From: Octopus sinensis
Lineage: Eukaryota
DNA length: 64,000 nucleotides
NCBI RefSeq assembly: GCF_006345805.1
Contig: NC_043012.1
Coordinates: 11,470,001 to 11,534,000, forward strand
Direction of reading: 5' to 3'
Part shown: in pieces, positions 1-12,846 of the stretch
How positions within the stretch are numbered: position 1 is the first letter of the stretch
Layout of the letters: each line of letters begins with the position of its first letter
Notes under the pieces: model-generated
Seen by the model: the letters and a program-made list of their open reading frames with translations, nothing else
The model's database searches: none
What the model was told of the DNA's origin: nothing
Program-made: the position numbers and the translations under genes

Positions 1-893
1 CATGACCATATTTTACAAAATACATCTTAGCAGAAATTAACCCCTAGCAGATGGAAAACGGTACTGACTGCATTGAAATACTGTGTGTGAGCAGTACAAT
101 GTCTCGTTCTGTGCTGCACCTTGTTTTCAAATACACCACACTGTAAAGACATAAAATTGTTTGTTTGAAAGATTATGTAGTTACTAAACGGCCTAATACC
201 AGTACACAGCACCGACTGTCAGTACTAAATCTGTCTGCAAGGGGTTAAGGATAAATTACGTGGCACTTCGTAAAGAATTCTAGTGTTGGCTTATGTAATT
301 TTTGATATTCATAAGATACTGGTTATATTTACTGTGAAGTTAATTATTTCTTCTGTGCTTCTCTGTCTTTTTCTAAATGCTTCTGCTCATTCAAACATCG
401 ATTGCTATGCCATCATGTTGTTTTTACCAGCTTGCTAAATAGCAAAATAAGTTAATATTTTGGCCAGGAAACCATGGGAAACTGTATTTCACAAGGGTTT
501 TTGTGGTTTTTATTAAGAAAATAAAAACTCTTTGAACTGATCAAATGCTTTATATATTTACATTTTTCTCAATTACTCTTGTATTATCTCATGGCTTTGA
601 AATTTTGAAAAATGTGATTGTTTAGTTTCAGAATGACAAAGTAAGGTAGTTTTGGGAGGCTGGATCTGACCACTTTTAACATAAAACAGATGGAATATTT
701 GGGCTGGGTATGGCTGGTTTGAATGACGAAGGGCTAAAACTTAGGTGCACAGCCAAGTTTATTTCTCTAAAATCAGTCACTGCAGAACTTCTTGATTCTA
801 TAGAATCCACTTTGAAAAAAAGCATGATTTGTAACAGTGATTGGATTCACTTAATTAATTATATGTGACTAATTACTTTTGTTGGTCTTTCAG

Positions 894-1035
894 ATGATTG
901 AAGAATATGGATGCAAAACTTTGAACGTCTTTGTTTTATCAATGGAAGACTACATGAATAACTTTTGGGAGGAACTTCCAGGAATAATTGATTTGTACGC
1001 GTCTCTTCGTGCATCTTTAGACAGTAAACAAAAAG
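894..1035 (+). CDS. DIS3L: DIS3-like exonuclease 1, first coding exon in window (gene 5'-truncated by window edge)
   Basis: tttcag acceptor, gtaaat donor; MIEEYGCKTLNVFVLSMEDYMNNFWEELPGIIDLYASL resembles the end of the DIS3L PIN region (vertebrate VFVITFKNYLDNFWPDL). Confidence 0.88.
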
Positions 1036-1204
1036 GTAAATGAATGGTTGACCTTTTCCCTCTGTCTGTCTGTCTGTCTGTCATTGTCAGGTGTCATTGC
1101 TGCATATGAACATAGAACTGCTCTAGATTCCAAACCAGGAACCTTTGTTTCTAAGCCATATATTTCGTTTGAATCATTTACTATTATGCTGGTGACAAAG
1201 TTGG

Positions 1205-1585
1205 AGCTGAGGAGTGGTAAGTAGCTTGCTTACCAACCACATGGTTCCGGGTTCAATCCCACTGCGTGGCACCTTGGGCAAGTGTCTTCTACTATAGCCT
1301 GTGAGTGGATTTGGTAGACGGAAACTGAAAGAAGTCTGTTGTATATATATGTATATATATATATATATATATGTGTGTATGTATATATATATATATATAT
1401 GTATGGGTGTATATGTTTTTGTGCATGTTTTTTTCCCCCCAACATCGTTTAGCAAAAGAGGCTGATAGAATAAGCACTAGGCTTACAAAGAATAAGTCCT
1501 GGGGTCGATTTGCTCGACTAAAAGCGGTGCTCCAGCATGGCCACATTCAAATGGCTGAAACAAGTAAAAGAGTAAAGAGTAAAAG
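1205..1585 (+). mobile_element. tRNA-derived SINE family A (internal TA/TG microsatellite)
   Basis: A/B-box-like head tggtaag...ggttcaatccc, body, (TA)n, tail ending caagtaaaagagt; at least 11 copies in window. Confidence 0.85.
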
Positions 1586-1709
1586 ATATATATATATATA
1601 CACACACACATACATATATACTTATATATACATGTTACTTACTTTTATATTAATTTTCTTTTTGGATTGTGTATTTATTTTCTTTTTTCCAATTTTCTTG
1701 TCTTTTCAG

Positions 1710-1839
1710 GAACAGAATATTTGGGATATCTTCCAATGCACTGTCTTGAGAGTGGTGTCAAAACTGGTCTCTTCATAAAGGGACACTTAAATGTCAACAA
1801 ACATGATGCTCAGAGAGAAGCTTTTCTACAGCGTAGCAG
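1710..1839 (+). CDS. DIS3L: DIS3L exon (CSD1 start)
   Basis: ttttcag/gtcagt, phase 1-2; EYLGYLPMHCLESGVKTGLFIKGHLNVNKHDAQREAF. Confidence 0.93.
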
Positions 1840-2120
1840 GTCAGTCCACTTATAATTGTATACATGTAGCATTGATCTCCATGTTCCCTACATCTATGTG
1901 TGTATCTGTGTATATATTTGTAAGATTGCGAGTTTGATACGTGGTAGTACATTGTTTTTCTTGAGTAAGACACTTTGTTTCATGCTGCTCCAGCCCACTC
2001 GGCTGGTAGAAAAGAGTGGTACCTGTAATTCAAAGGGTCAGCCATGTCACATTCTGTGTCGTGTTGAATCTCTCCGAGTACTACGTTAAGAGTAGATGTC
2101 TGTGGAGTGCTCAGCCACTT

Positions 2121-2520
2121 TACTCTTTTACTTGTTTCAGTCATTTGACTGCAGCCATGCTGGAGCACCGCCTTTAGTTGAGCAAATTGACCCCAGGACT
2201 TAATTCTTTGTAAGCCTAGTACTTATTCTATCGGTCTCTTATACCGAACCGCTAACTTACGGGGACGTAAACACACCACCATCGGTTGTCAAGTGATGTT
2301 GGGGGGACAAACACAGACACACAAACTCACACACACACATATATATATATATATACATATATACGACGGGCTTCTTTCAGTTTCCGTCTACCAAATCCAC
2401 TCACAAGGCTTTGGTTGACCTGAGGCTATAGTAGAAGACACTTGCCCAGTGTGCCACGCAGTGGGACTGAACCCAGAACCATGTGGTTGGTAAGCAAGCT
2501 ACTTACCACACAGTCACTCC
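2121..2520 (-). mobile_element. SINE family A, inserted in a family F SINE
   Basis: Reverse-complement match to 1205-1585; ccactt repeated at both flanks. Confidence 0.85.
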
Positions 2521-3030
2521 ACTTGCATGACTATCTCACAAGCAGGCTGACCCATTGTTCGGATCAACAGGAACACTCGTCATCATAACCAATGGAGTGC
2601 TAGGGGGATGAGGTGGTGAGATAAGATCTTCAGGTGTTGAGTCTCATAGAAGCAATGACAAGTGACTGAGAATTCTGGCAATTTCCTGTTCTCGAGAAGA
2701 CACGTGGAGCTAATTGAAATCATAGTTGCAGCCAGTGCCAGTGACACATGAGAGGCACCTGTGTCAGTGACACATAAGGAGCACCCATGTCGGTGACACA
2801 TGTAAACGACACCCAGTAGACTCTGTGGAGTGGTTGGTGTTAGGACAGGCATCCAGCTGTAGAAACCAAGCCAAAACAGACTGAAGCCTGGTGCTGATCT
2901 CTGGGTTACCAGTACCAATCAAACCATTTTACTGATGCCAGCATGGGTGCTAAATGATGGCAATGATTTCTATGAAGCATCATTAAATAAAACTTTTCCT
3001 TTTTGTTTTTTTTGGTTTATTAAATTTCAG

Positions 3031-3182
3031 CTGCTCTGATATCAAAAGTGGTAATACCGATATTCTAATTCATGGAATGCCTCACCGAAATCGTGCCATT
3101 CATGGTGACCTAGTTGTTGTGGAATTATTACCAAAGTCTGAGTGGAGAGGCCGGTCAATGTGTCTTAATGAGAATAATCAAG
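3031..3182 (+). CDS. DIS3L: DIS3L exon (CSD1)
   Basis: tttcag/gtgagc; [32 protein letters not shown]. Confidence 0.95.
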
Positions 3183-3316
3183 GTGAGCTGGAAATTATTA
3201 TTAATAATCATTTATCATATCTTTTATTGCAGTCTTACAATCACAATAAAGAAAATGTTCTAGTTATAACCATCCTGTCCTTATTCAAACATTGTGTTTC
3301 TAGGTCTATGTTATGG

Positions 3317-3347
<31 letters not shown>

Positions 3348-4242
3348 CATGCGTGCTTGCATGTGTGCACATGTGTGTGATTTGCTGTATTAATGAAAAT
3401 GTACTGTAAATAATTAGTTTATATGTAAAGAGCCCTGGTGTTGGTGCTATACACACACACACACACGTATGTGTTTTATGTATAATAATATATGGAAACA
3501 AACTTTAGCTGGAAAAGCATAAAAGCACTCAATACATATATGTAAAATGTAGAATATATTTTTACAAACAAAAGGTTGACAGTAACTTTGAAGTTAGAGT
3601 ATTTGATGTGACAGCTGGAAGAAGAAAGGACTGCTCTAACAGTTGGTTGGGACTCATTTTCAACTAAGAAGATTAGAGCAACATGAGGTGTGGAGCCTTA
3701 CTCAGGAACACAATGTACCAGGAATGAAACCCACAACCTCATGATCATAAGCTCTATACTTTAACCAACAGCCCTCATTCTAAGTATTATATATAATCTA
3801 TCTCAAACGCACACAAACTATGACAATTGTTGTAAAGTTGTTCACCTCTGCTGATTTAAAATTAAATCCTCTACTCCCATTTATAAAATATCGACAAGGA
3901 TTAAATCTTCTCCCATTTATAAAATATCAATCAGCCCAGTTAAAATATTGGTCTCAAATTCTGGTACAAGGCGAACAAATTCCGAGGAGGGTGTCAAGTC
4001 GATTAGATTGACCCCAGTGTTCAACTGGATGTTATTTCATCAACCTTAAAATGATGACCTTGGTGGATTTTGAACTTGGGATGTAAAGATGGCTGAAATG
4101 CTGCTAAGAATTTTGCCCAGCGTGCCTACAGTTCTGCCAGCTCCTCACTGTCTTAAACCCAGTTAAAATATTAATCTAAGAAATATTTGATTCAAGAGAT
4201 GGTAGTTTCTTCATTTTTGTTTTTTGGTTTGTATTTCCACAG

Positions 4243-4352
4243 GTTCTGAAGATGAAGAATCTGATATGTCAACTGTGATGCCAAATGGTAAAGTAGTTGG
4301 AATCATTCAAAGAAACTCCCGAGACTACGCTGCCTCTTTAGTTACAGATGAG
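4243..4352 (+). CDS. DIS3L: DIS3L exon
   Basis: ccacag/gtaatc; MPNGKVVGIIQRNSRDY. Confidence 0.95.
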
Positions 4353-4574
4353 GTAATCTATTTTATTATTACTTATAGTTTCTCTTTTAAGGCTACGAGC
4401 TGGTCAAGTCACCACATAGGATTTCTTGTGCTGCAATGTGTCTGGGTTTTGTGGTATAGCTTATTAGCTATTACAAGGCTTTAGCTGACAACCTTTCCAT
4501 TATTATATGTTATTTTCATGTGTTTACAAGACCTTTAGAAATTATATTCTTGTTTCTTTCTGTTATTTTTGTAG

Positions 4575-4699
4575 AATATGGAATCAGAAGGGAAGAAAAA
4601 TCCTCGACGAGCTGATCGTGTCTTAGCAATTCCTTGGGATTACCGAATACCAAAAATTCGTATAAGTACCCGTCAAATTGAAAACCTCAGAGATCAAAG
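4575..4699 (+). CDS. DIS3L: DIS3L exon (CSD2)
   Basis: ttgtag/gtgatt; [15 protein letters not shown]. Confidence 0.95.
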
Positions 4700-4839
4700 G
4701 TGATTATTAGTAATTATCAATTCTTGTATGTTCACATCTGATAGGAACACCTTTAATTAAGTCAGGTGTAGTTCATAATTTTCGTTGGTTACCCACTTTC
4801 TTTAACACCAAATTATTGCTATAGAAATTAGCTGTGGAA

Positions 4840-5465
4840 ATATGCTGTGCTTGAGAAGACTCAGCAAGCTCAAGTGAGACCATAACCTTGTAGCCTATGC
4901 CAGGGGTATAATCAGTCCACTTATGTGTGCCTTTCCTTCATTGGACACTAAACTCTGCTTGTGAAGGACTGTTGAGGCAAGTGAAATCAAAATCAAATTC
5001 GATGACCAGCATCCATGCTAGTGGACCGCTAAGAGTACCATACGAGTGTGATCATTGCCAGAGCAACAAGCTGGCCTCCGTGCCGATGGCACATAAAAAG
5101 CACCATTCGAGCGTGATCGTTACCAGAGTCACCTTACTGGCACTTGTGCCGGTGGTATGTGAAAAAAACATTCGAGTGAGGTCATTGCCAGTGCCGCTGG
5201 ACTGGCTCCTGTGCAGGTGGCACATAAAAGCACCATTTCAGTGTGGCCGTTACCAGTACCGCCTGACTGGCCCTCATGCTGGTGGCACGTAAAAGTACCC
5301 ACTACATTCTTAGAGTGGTTGGTGTTAGGAAGGGCATCCAGCTGTAGAAACTCTGCCAGATCAGATTGGAGTCTGGTGCAGCCATCTGGTTCGCCAGACC
5401 TCTGTCAAATCGTCCAACCCATGCTAGCATGGAAAGTGGACGTTAAACGATGATGATGATGATCT
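4840..5465 (+). mobile_element. SINE-like family C with (GAT)n tail; further copies near 16.2-16.5, 17.0-17.3, 21.1-21.6, 22.0-22.3, 23.2-23.5, 25.5-25.7, 27.4-27.5, 35.8-36.1, 36.5-36.7, 42.0-42.1, 44.7-44.8, 51.3-51.5 and 52.2-52.6 kb
   Basis: Recurrent tggttggcgttaggaagggcatccagctgtagaaac...ccaacccatgctagcatggaaagcggacgttaaacgatgatg. Confidence 0.82.
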
Positions 5466-5898
5466 ATTGCTTTAATTTCCATACTAAATAACAATTTGTA
5501 TCTTTATTGAGTATTTTAACCATTTTTATTGTTGTTGTTGTTTAGATACAGGTCAGCCATAATAGAACAGGCTTATGATTCAAAGGATTCCAACTGTGTT
5601 CAGTTTTTTTATTTCAGGTTGGGTGGTCAAAGCTGGAATGCTTTTGGTCATTTCTGCTCAGTGAAAGTTGATTGTCTGTTAAATAACAACTTTTGTTTTA
5701 ATTCAGGTTCCATTCTCCTCAATATTACATCCACAATGGTAACATAAACCACATTTTATTCTTGATAGGATATTGGAGGAATCAAAAAAGTTGCAGGTGG
5801 ACCAGGTATGACACAGGCAGAGTGGTCATGTCAGGACATTATACCTGTGTCATTTCAAATTCAATGTTTGTTATTGTTTAAAATTTATTTCATTTTAG

Positions 5899-6052
5899 AT
5901 TTGTGGTAAGGATTGATTCTTGGGAATTAGGTTCCCAATACCCCAATGGGCATTTCGTCCGAACTTTAGGCCCTGCTGGAGACCCAGAAACTGAAATTGC
6001 CACCATTCTAGTAGAGAACAATATATTTATTGGAAATTTTTCAGATTCACAG
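5899..6052 (+). CDS. DIS3L: DIS3L exon (CSD2)
   Basis: ttttag/gtaagt; [39 protein letters not shown]. Confidence 0.96.
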
Positions 6053-6545
6053 GTAAGTAGAAACACAACTTTATTAAGAAAAGTTTTTTTTCCAGTTATG
6101 TTTTTTTTTTGCCTTTAAAAATAGTATTCATGGGCCAAGTGGTGTCCTAGAGATCAAATAAGGCCAGGTGGAAGGCCTCCATGACAATGGGAAGACGATT
6201 CAGTCAAGCGATTTGGGTCATAATGGAAAAGAACAGCACAATTAAGACAGAATTGGAAGTGCATTGTGACCAGTGGTGTATAACAACATTTGATGATCTG
6301 GTCGATACTGTGATACTGCATTGGTTTTCTTATAACTTTGACCAATTGCTTGTTTTTGTGTCACAGAAGTCAATTACAATAAATGTTGGTTTAAATCAGA
6401 GTAACAACTGGGGATAATCCTGAATATTATGCATAAGTCAGTTTTGGGTTGGATCCTAACGAATTGTTGAAATCATATAAGGTTAGATGATGGAAATTAT
6501 AATTATTGCCATATTATGAAGGTTTTTTTTTTTTAATCCTTACAG

Positions 6546-6694
6546 TTACAAGAACTCCCTAAAGTAAGTCCAGAAAATCCTTGGGAAATTCCAGTAGAAG
6601 AATCTTCTAAAAGGAGAGACCTTCGAAAGAGCCATCTTGTGTTCAGTATTGACCCTCCAGGCTGTGAAGATGTTGATGACACACTGTCAGTGAG
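6546..6694 (+). CDS. DIS3L: DIS3L exon (RNB catalytic motif I)
   Basis: ttacag/gtaata; [27 protein letters not shown] with all four RNB aspartates. Confidence 0.97.
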
Positions 6695-7382
6695 GTAATA
6701 ATGTCTGGGTCCTTTTAAATCCAGGGTCTTCTGTCTTTCATTCTCATATTAATTCACTACAGCTGAAACTTCATCTATAGCTTTGTAACTTGTAAAGGGC
6801 TGGGACCTCTCTTTACTGTTCTGTATTTTAAACTCTTTCTCTCCCTCCCCCTTCTCACCTTCTCTCTCTGTTTCCCTCTCCCTTTCTCCCCTCTCTATTC
6901 CTCTATTTCTCTCTCCCTCCCCCTCTTCCTTTCTTTCTCTCTCTTCCTCTCTATCTCGTTATTATCACTCATTGAACCTCAAGGGTTGTTTGTAGTGAGA
7001 AACTGTCAGTTTGTAGCCTGTGAACCATCATTAGTCCTGGTTCACCTCGGACTATTCAACCTTTGTAATAGTTGAACTCACTCTGTAAAAGTGGTTGGTA
7101 ACAGGAAGGGTATCCAGCCATAGAAACCAAACCAAATGACACATATGGGCACCAGTCTGTGGAAGCTGTGGCTCCCAGTAAGAAAGGATTCCAGCTATGG
7201 CTACCCACCCAGTCTGGCACAGAAAGCAGACATAAAACCTTGTTCACAATATATGATGCCAGTGTTGAAAGTACAAGTGTAGTCTTTATTTACAATACTC
7301 ATGCCTTTCAGAAAGGCATGAACATCAATCAATCTCATCTCCCACCCTATATAAATTTGTGCAAGTATACAAAAAGATTACA

Positions 7383-7577
7383 CAGTTCTATATTTAAGAG
7401 ATGAGGAATTATGTACATTATTTACATTTGATGGATATTTGTCCTCATTTTGTTTGTTGTTAACACGTTTCGGGCATATGGTATAGTGGTTAAGAGCGCA
7501 GGCTACTAACCCCAAGATTCTGAGTCCGATTCCAGGCAGTAACCTGAATAATAATAATAATAATAATAATAACATCA
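7383..7577. mobile_element. Composite: Penelope-like terminus joined in inverted orientation to a tRNA-like head with (AAT)n
   Basis: cagttctatatttaagagatgagg...aacacgtttcg followed by ggcatatgg...gattccaggcagt. Confidence 0.7.
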
Positions 7578-7685
7578 AACTTGCCCCTATACATGTCATA
7601 CTTTAGGATTATATCGACTCTCAGATATTTCTACCGAAGAATGGTAATTTCTTGTAAAGCTTTGCTTTCGTTTCTCTATCTTCAG

Positions 7686-7877
7686 GCATCTCCCAGACGG
7701 TCATATTGAATTAGGTGTCCACATTGCTGACGTCACCTTCTTTGTGAAGCCGGGTTCACTGTCAGACTTGGAAGCTAGAGGTCGTTCCACTACGGTTTAT
7801 CTCGCTGACCGCCGTTACGACATGCTGCCATCAGTCCTGAGTTCTAATTTATGTTCACTGGTCAGCGGAGAGGACAA
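7686..7877 (+). CDS. DIS3L: DIS3L exon (RNB)
   Basis: cttcag/gtaagt; [13 protein letters not shown]...[24 protein letters not shown]. Confidence 0.97.
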
Positions 7878-8607
7878 GTAAGTCATCAAGCATCATTTAT
7901 AGATAAGAATAAGCTTTGCTGATGTTGTTGGTTGGCTGTGGTTGTGGTGGTTGTGATTGCAGTCCCAGGTTAGTGCTGATTAAACAGACTTAAAATCAAA
8001 AGGGTTTCCAACTGTGACCATCATGTCATTTTATTTTTACAAATAGAGAATCTAAAGTGTGATCGTTACTGCATCGCCTTACCAGCACTTGTGCTGGTGG
8101 CATGTGATATATTCGAGCGAGGTTGTTGCCAGTGCATAAACACACCAACACTGGTTGTCAAGTGGCAATGGGGGACATACAGACACAAAGACACACTCAC
8201 ATAGATATATATATATGTGTGTGTGTGTGTGTGTATATATATGTATATGACGGGTTTTTTTCTGTTTCCATCTACTAAATCCACTCACAAGGCTTTGGTT
8301 GGCTCGAGGCTATAATAGAGGACACTTGCCTAAGTTGCCACACAGTGGGACTGAACCTGGATCCATGTAGTTGGAAGCAAGCTTCTTACCTCACATTCAC
8401 ACCTGTGCTTAATTGCTGATAAATAAAGTATCAGTTTAGTTTTGTGGTCAGTTCTTTATTTTCTTCATACCTATGGATTGTACCAGTAATTCAAACGTGC
8501 AGCCCTGTCATATTGTATTACACTGATTCAACCTAAGAACTGCATTAAGGGTACACATGTCTTTGGAATACCCTTATAACTACTTAACAAATGCCACTTG
8601 TTGCTAC

Positions 8608-9008
8608 TTAACAAATTGCAATTCAGTTGGTGAAACAACTGTCCCTGTCTCTGCGGCCCCTTCCATCTGTCCTTCTGCAACGGCACTTGCGGTGGTTTGG
8701 CCATGCATGTAGGCGTCCGGTGGGTGAACTGAGCCGTGATGTCCTTCTCCCAACTCCACTTCCCAACTGGCGGAAACGCGCGGGCGGGCAGCTGAAGACC
8801 TGGACTACGACGATCAAGGAGGATCACTCCGTGCTCACGGGTCCGCAGGTGGTCAGCCTGCGTGGATGGAACCGTGACTGGCTCGCTATCTCCAGTGAAC
8901 TGGCGCAGGACTGTCGTGCGTGGGCTGCCATGGTTCGTGATGCCTCGAGGGTGGTAGAAGAAGCCGACTCAACCCGCCCAGGGTGAATGTCGCCACAAGT
9001 ACAAGTAA
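8608..9008 (+). mobile_element. 5'-truncated RTE-clade LINE 3' end
   Basis: LRWFGHACRR...RKRAGGQLKTW...AQDCRAW; (CAAGTA)n tail. Confidence 0.85.
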
Positions 9009-9209
9009 GAAACAACTGAATTTTTATTGTCTTGACCGACAGAGAATTGACCTTATAATTGTGGTAGCTGCAGTTCTGGTATCATCAAATTCTTCTAATG
9101 TCTGAATTGCCACAGACAACTGGCTTGGAAGCAGGAAATGTGTCTGTTTTGTAATATGGCAAAGGTTTTTGGTGTTGAAGCAGAATCATTCGTTAATGTA
9201 TCTTTGCAG

Positions 9210-9312
9210 ATGTTCTGTGAGTGTTATGTGGGAGATGGATGCCAGCTTCAATGTCCTTGATGTCTGGTATGGCCGGACTCTGATTAATTCTTCGTATAAA
9301 TTAACATATGAG
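9210..9312 (+). CDS. DIS3L: DIS3L exon (RNB)
   Basis: ttgcag/gtaaga; SVSVMWEMD...[17 protein letters not shown]. Confidence 0.95.
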
Positions 9313-9520
9313 GTAAGACTTTGATGCTTTTATTCTCAATTCTTCACTTGTTTCTGCTGGATGTGTGAAAAGAATTTGAAAAATAATTTTTAAAAAATCA
9401 ATAAATAAAATAAAGGAGAATTGTGGTTGAAATTTTGCAAAGATTGGAAGAGGTGGAGAGAAAGAAAGAGAGAGATCTTACCTTTTATTCAGTTGTAAAG
9501 ATGTCGTCATCTTAATCACT

Positions 9521-9686
9521 CAGTTCTATAATTAAGAGATGAGGAATTATGTACCTTATTTACATTTGACGGATATGCCCACGGGCTTAAGGCATAGTGG
9601 TTAAGACCGCGGGCTACTAACCCCAAGATTCCATGTTCGATTCCAGGCAGTGACCTGAATAATAATAATAACAACAACAACAATAA
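9521..9686. mobile_element. Second composite Penelope-terminus/tRNA-head element
   Basis: Same two modules as 7383-7577 with a different junction. Confidence 0.7.
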
Positions 9687-10080
9687 CGGCGGCGGCGGCC
9701 CCTCTGCTTGCCAGCCGCGGTCAAACCATCCAACCCATGCCAGCATGGACAATAGATTTTAAATGATGATGATGATGATATATATATTCTTCTAATTGTT
9801 TCAGTCAGTTGACTGTGGGCATACACACACACACCTAAGTATAAATATATCTATCTATATATACATATATATATATGGTAACCCACATTTTATTGGTATG
9901 GTAGTAATAACTTTAAAATCCCAGCATGTTGCAGAAGTTGATTAAAAAGTTTGGCTTTGTAATGTTAATAACTTTAAAATACTTAATTCATCTTTACAAT
10001 TAATAAACTGCAAACTATTTCTGCAAATTATCTCTCACTTTCTGTCTCTGTCCCTTTCTAAGTCTTCTTTTCCATATCTA

Positions 10081-10144
<64 letters not shown>

Positions 10145-10325
10145 TCTACTCCTGTGCTCTCTACTTTTCCTTATTTCATATTGTTTGAAAATGTCTCAGG
10201 TCTCCAACCTGCTTCCTACAATACAAGGAGAACTAGACATGAAAATTTGTCTTTACATGTTTATATGTTTAAATGTTCAAAATCACTATAGTATTGTGCA
10301 TTAAACTGTGGTTGTAATTTGACAG

Positions 10326-10417
10326 ACAGCTCAGGCCTTAGCTGATGGAGCTACAGTAGAAGAGGCTTCCTCAAAGATTACAGAACTGGAAACATTAGGA
10401 ACAGACAAACACCAAAG
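10326..10417 (+). CDS. DIS3L: DIS3L exon (RNB)
   Basis: tgacag/gtattg; TAQALADGATVEEASSKITELETLGTDKHQR keeps frame between neighbours. Confidence 0.85.
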
Positions 10418-11401
10418 GTATTGTTTTATCTGTCTACCTATCTACCTATCACTCAGTCTGTCTGTCTATCTATCAGTCTATCTATCTATCTATCTGTCTG
10501 TCTACCTGTCTGCTCTTCCACCCATCCATTTACACATTCATATGCTGTGACTGCGAATACTCGACAAATAACGTGAGTTCATGGCTGTTTCCTGCACCAG
10601 CTTCACATAGAAGCCCCAGCCCATCCAAAGTACCTTGGATCACAGAACAGCCTGTTGTGCTTACCTTGGATCGAAGGGCAACCTGCTGTGCTTGAGGAGA
10701 CCTATTGAGTCAAGTACATCGACATCAAAAAAATCAAATGGAAATTGTAGCTGTGATACTACAATTTTATCTACCCCATTCCCTAATTTTGTATTATGCA
10801 CACACACACACACACATCCAATGTAAGTAAAATTGGTTTCTCTTAGAGGGAAGAAAGCATCCAAGTTTTCAGTGGCTCAACTGTTTAATATCCAGTTTAG
10901 TTGAGTAAAACTTTACAATTCACATGGATATATATTAATTTTATAAAAAGGAAAAGGAAATGGAGATATACAATTGCCAATTCAAAAATTAAAATTTATT
11001 AACATAATATTATATTATATTCATGTAATAATATAATGTAATAAATAAATATCAAATACGAATTATATACAATTGTTTCGATTCTTACCCATAACAAAAT
11101 TATAAAAGTCCATGTTTGTGGGTAAGAATCTCTTCAGTGTAATGTTTGATACACACACACACAAACTCATATTTAAAGACAGTGGGTGGGGAGGGAGAGA
11201 TGCATCCTTTTGCCTCTATACATACCTGTGCTCTGTATATCATCCATCCATCCATCTGTTTCTGATATTTAGCAGGTTGAGCAACAGTGTCCTGGGCCCT
11301 CATCCTTCATTAACCTCATCAATCATCATGAATGATATTAGGTCATTGCGTTTTCAAATGACTGACCTAACTCACAGTTTCTTTTATCGTTATCATTACA
11401 G

Positions 11402-11558
11402 AGTTGAAGAACTTCGTGTTGCCATCCGCTTACTTATGGAAATAGCATTCCAACTGAAAGCTGAGAGGAAAGAAAAAGGGGCTCTAGATCTCGATGGCCT
11501 CGAAGTTCGGCCGGTTGTTGATGAAAAGAAAAACATTTCTGAGTTAATCATTGACAAG
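11402..11558 (+). CDS. DIS3L: DIS3L exon (RNB)
   Basis: ttacag/gtatag; LMEIAFQLKAERKEKGALDLDGLEV. Confidence 0.94.
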
Positions 11559-11569
11559 GTATAGAAACA

Positions 11570-11785
11570 TACTCTTTTACTCTTTTTCTTGTTTCAGTCA
11601 TTTAACTGCAGCCATGCTGGAGCACCACCTTTAGTCAAGCAAATCAACCCCAGGACTTATTCTTTGTAAGCCTAGTACTTATTCTATTGGTCTCTTTTGC
11701 CGAACCACTAAGTTACGGGAATGTAAACACACCAGCATTGGTTGTCAAGCGATGCTGGGGGAACAAACGCAGAGACACAAACATA

Positions 11786-11819
<34 letters not shown>

Positions 11820-11990
11820 CATATATACGACGGGCTTCTTTCAGTTTCCGTATACCAAATCCACTCACAAGGCTTTGGTCGGTCCAAGGCTATAGTAGAA
11901 GACACTTGCCCAAGGTGCCACGCAGTGGGACTGAACCCAGAACCATGTGGTTGGTAAGCAAGCGACTTACCACACAGCCACTCTTGCGCC
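11570..11990 (-). mobile_element. SINE family A
   Basis: Full-length match to other copies. Confidence 0.85.
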
Positions 11991-12846
11991 TAGGAAGATA
12001 ACAGTTAAACCTTAAAGGAATCACTTTTTTTCCCAATAATTTTGTGTTTGCGATTGTTATGGCTAACATAGAATTGTTAGAACATTCAGAGAAAATACTT
12101 TATGTTATTTATTTTGGATCTTTGCTTTTCGAGTTCAAATCTCACTGAGGACAACTTGTGAGCTTATGCATGTCCTCAGCACATATTTCACTGCCATTCA
12201 GCAGACTCTCTCAAACTATTTATTCCAAAGTGTAGTTGAGGAGGTATCCTCTTTAAAACTATTAATGGTTTGCAATTTAGTTGGGAACTGAATTAGTAGT
12301 GAAGCTTGGAAGCTGCTGCAATTGACGAAATAGTGGACTTAAGAACATATCCAACCACTACTGTGGTGAATGATATGAAACTGACATGTTGGTCATGGCA
12401 GGAATGTCTTTGATCATAGACCTGCTTGAAATCAGAGTTAAACTGGGGCTAAACTGGCAGAAAGTGTAGTGTCTATATCCTTTTAATTGATGGCTTCTTT
12501 CTTCCTTTCTTTTATCATCACCACCACCATCATCATCATTTAATGCCCATTTTCCATGCTGACATGGATTGGACAGCTTGACAGGACAGTCTCTGGCAAG
12601 ATTTTATCTGAAATAATTCTAACTTTGATATAGAAGTCGAGTGAGGGTATGAGGGGATGATGTAAGGACTATCTCATGACATTTGGTACCAAAATAGTTC
12701 AGCTTAAAAACAATGAACCATCAGACTCAGGAACTAATTCAAACTTTTGAATTTGGATAATAATAATAATAATAAAAAAAAAGCTTCCAATCCCAAAATA
12801 ACAAAAAATTTTGTTTATTAATTTTTTTCTCTTATTTTCTTTCGTT

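Noticed and set aside
7472-7546. tRNA-like sequences (also 9575-9660, 22674-22745, 63662-63730)
   Set aside because: Heads of repeats joined to SINE bodies or (AAT)n tails, with poor acceptor stems; tRNAscan-SE would likely call them pseudo
11687-12001. Recurring ORFs such as LLSVSVYQIHSQG...RCHAVGLNPEPCGW
   Set aside because: Chance frames through family A SINE copies, not a gene family
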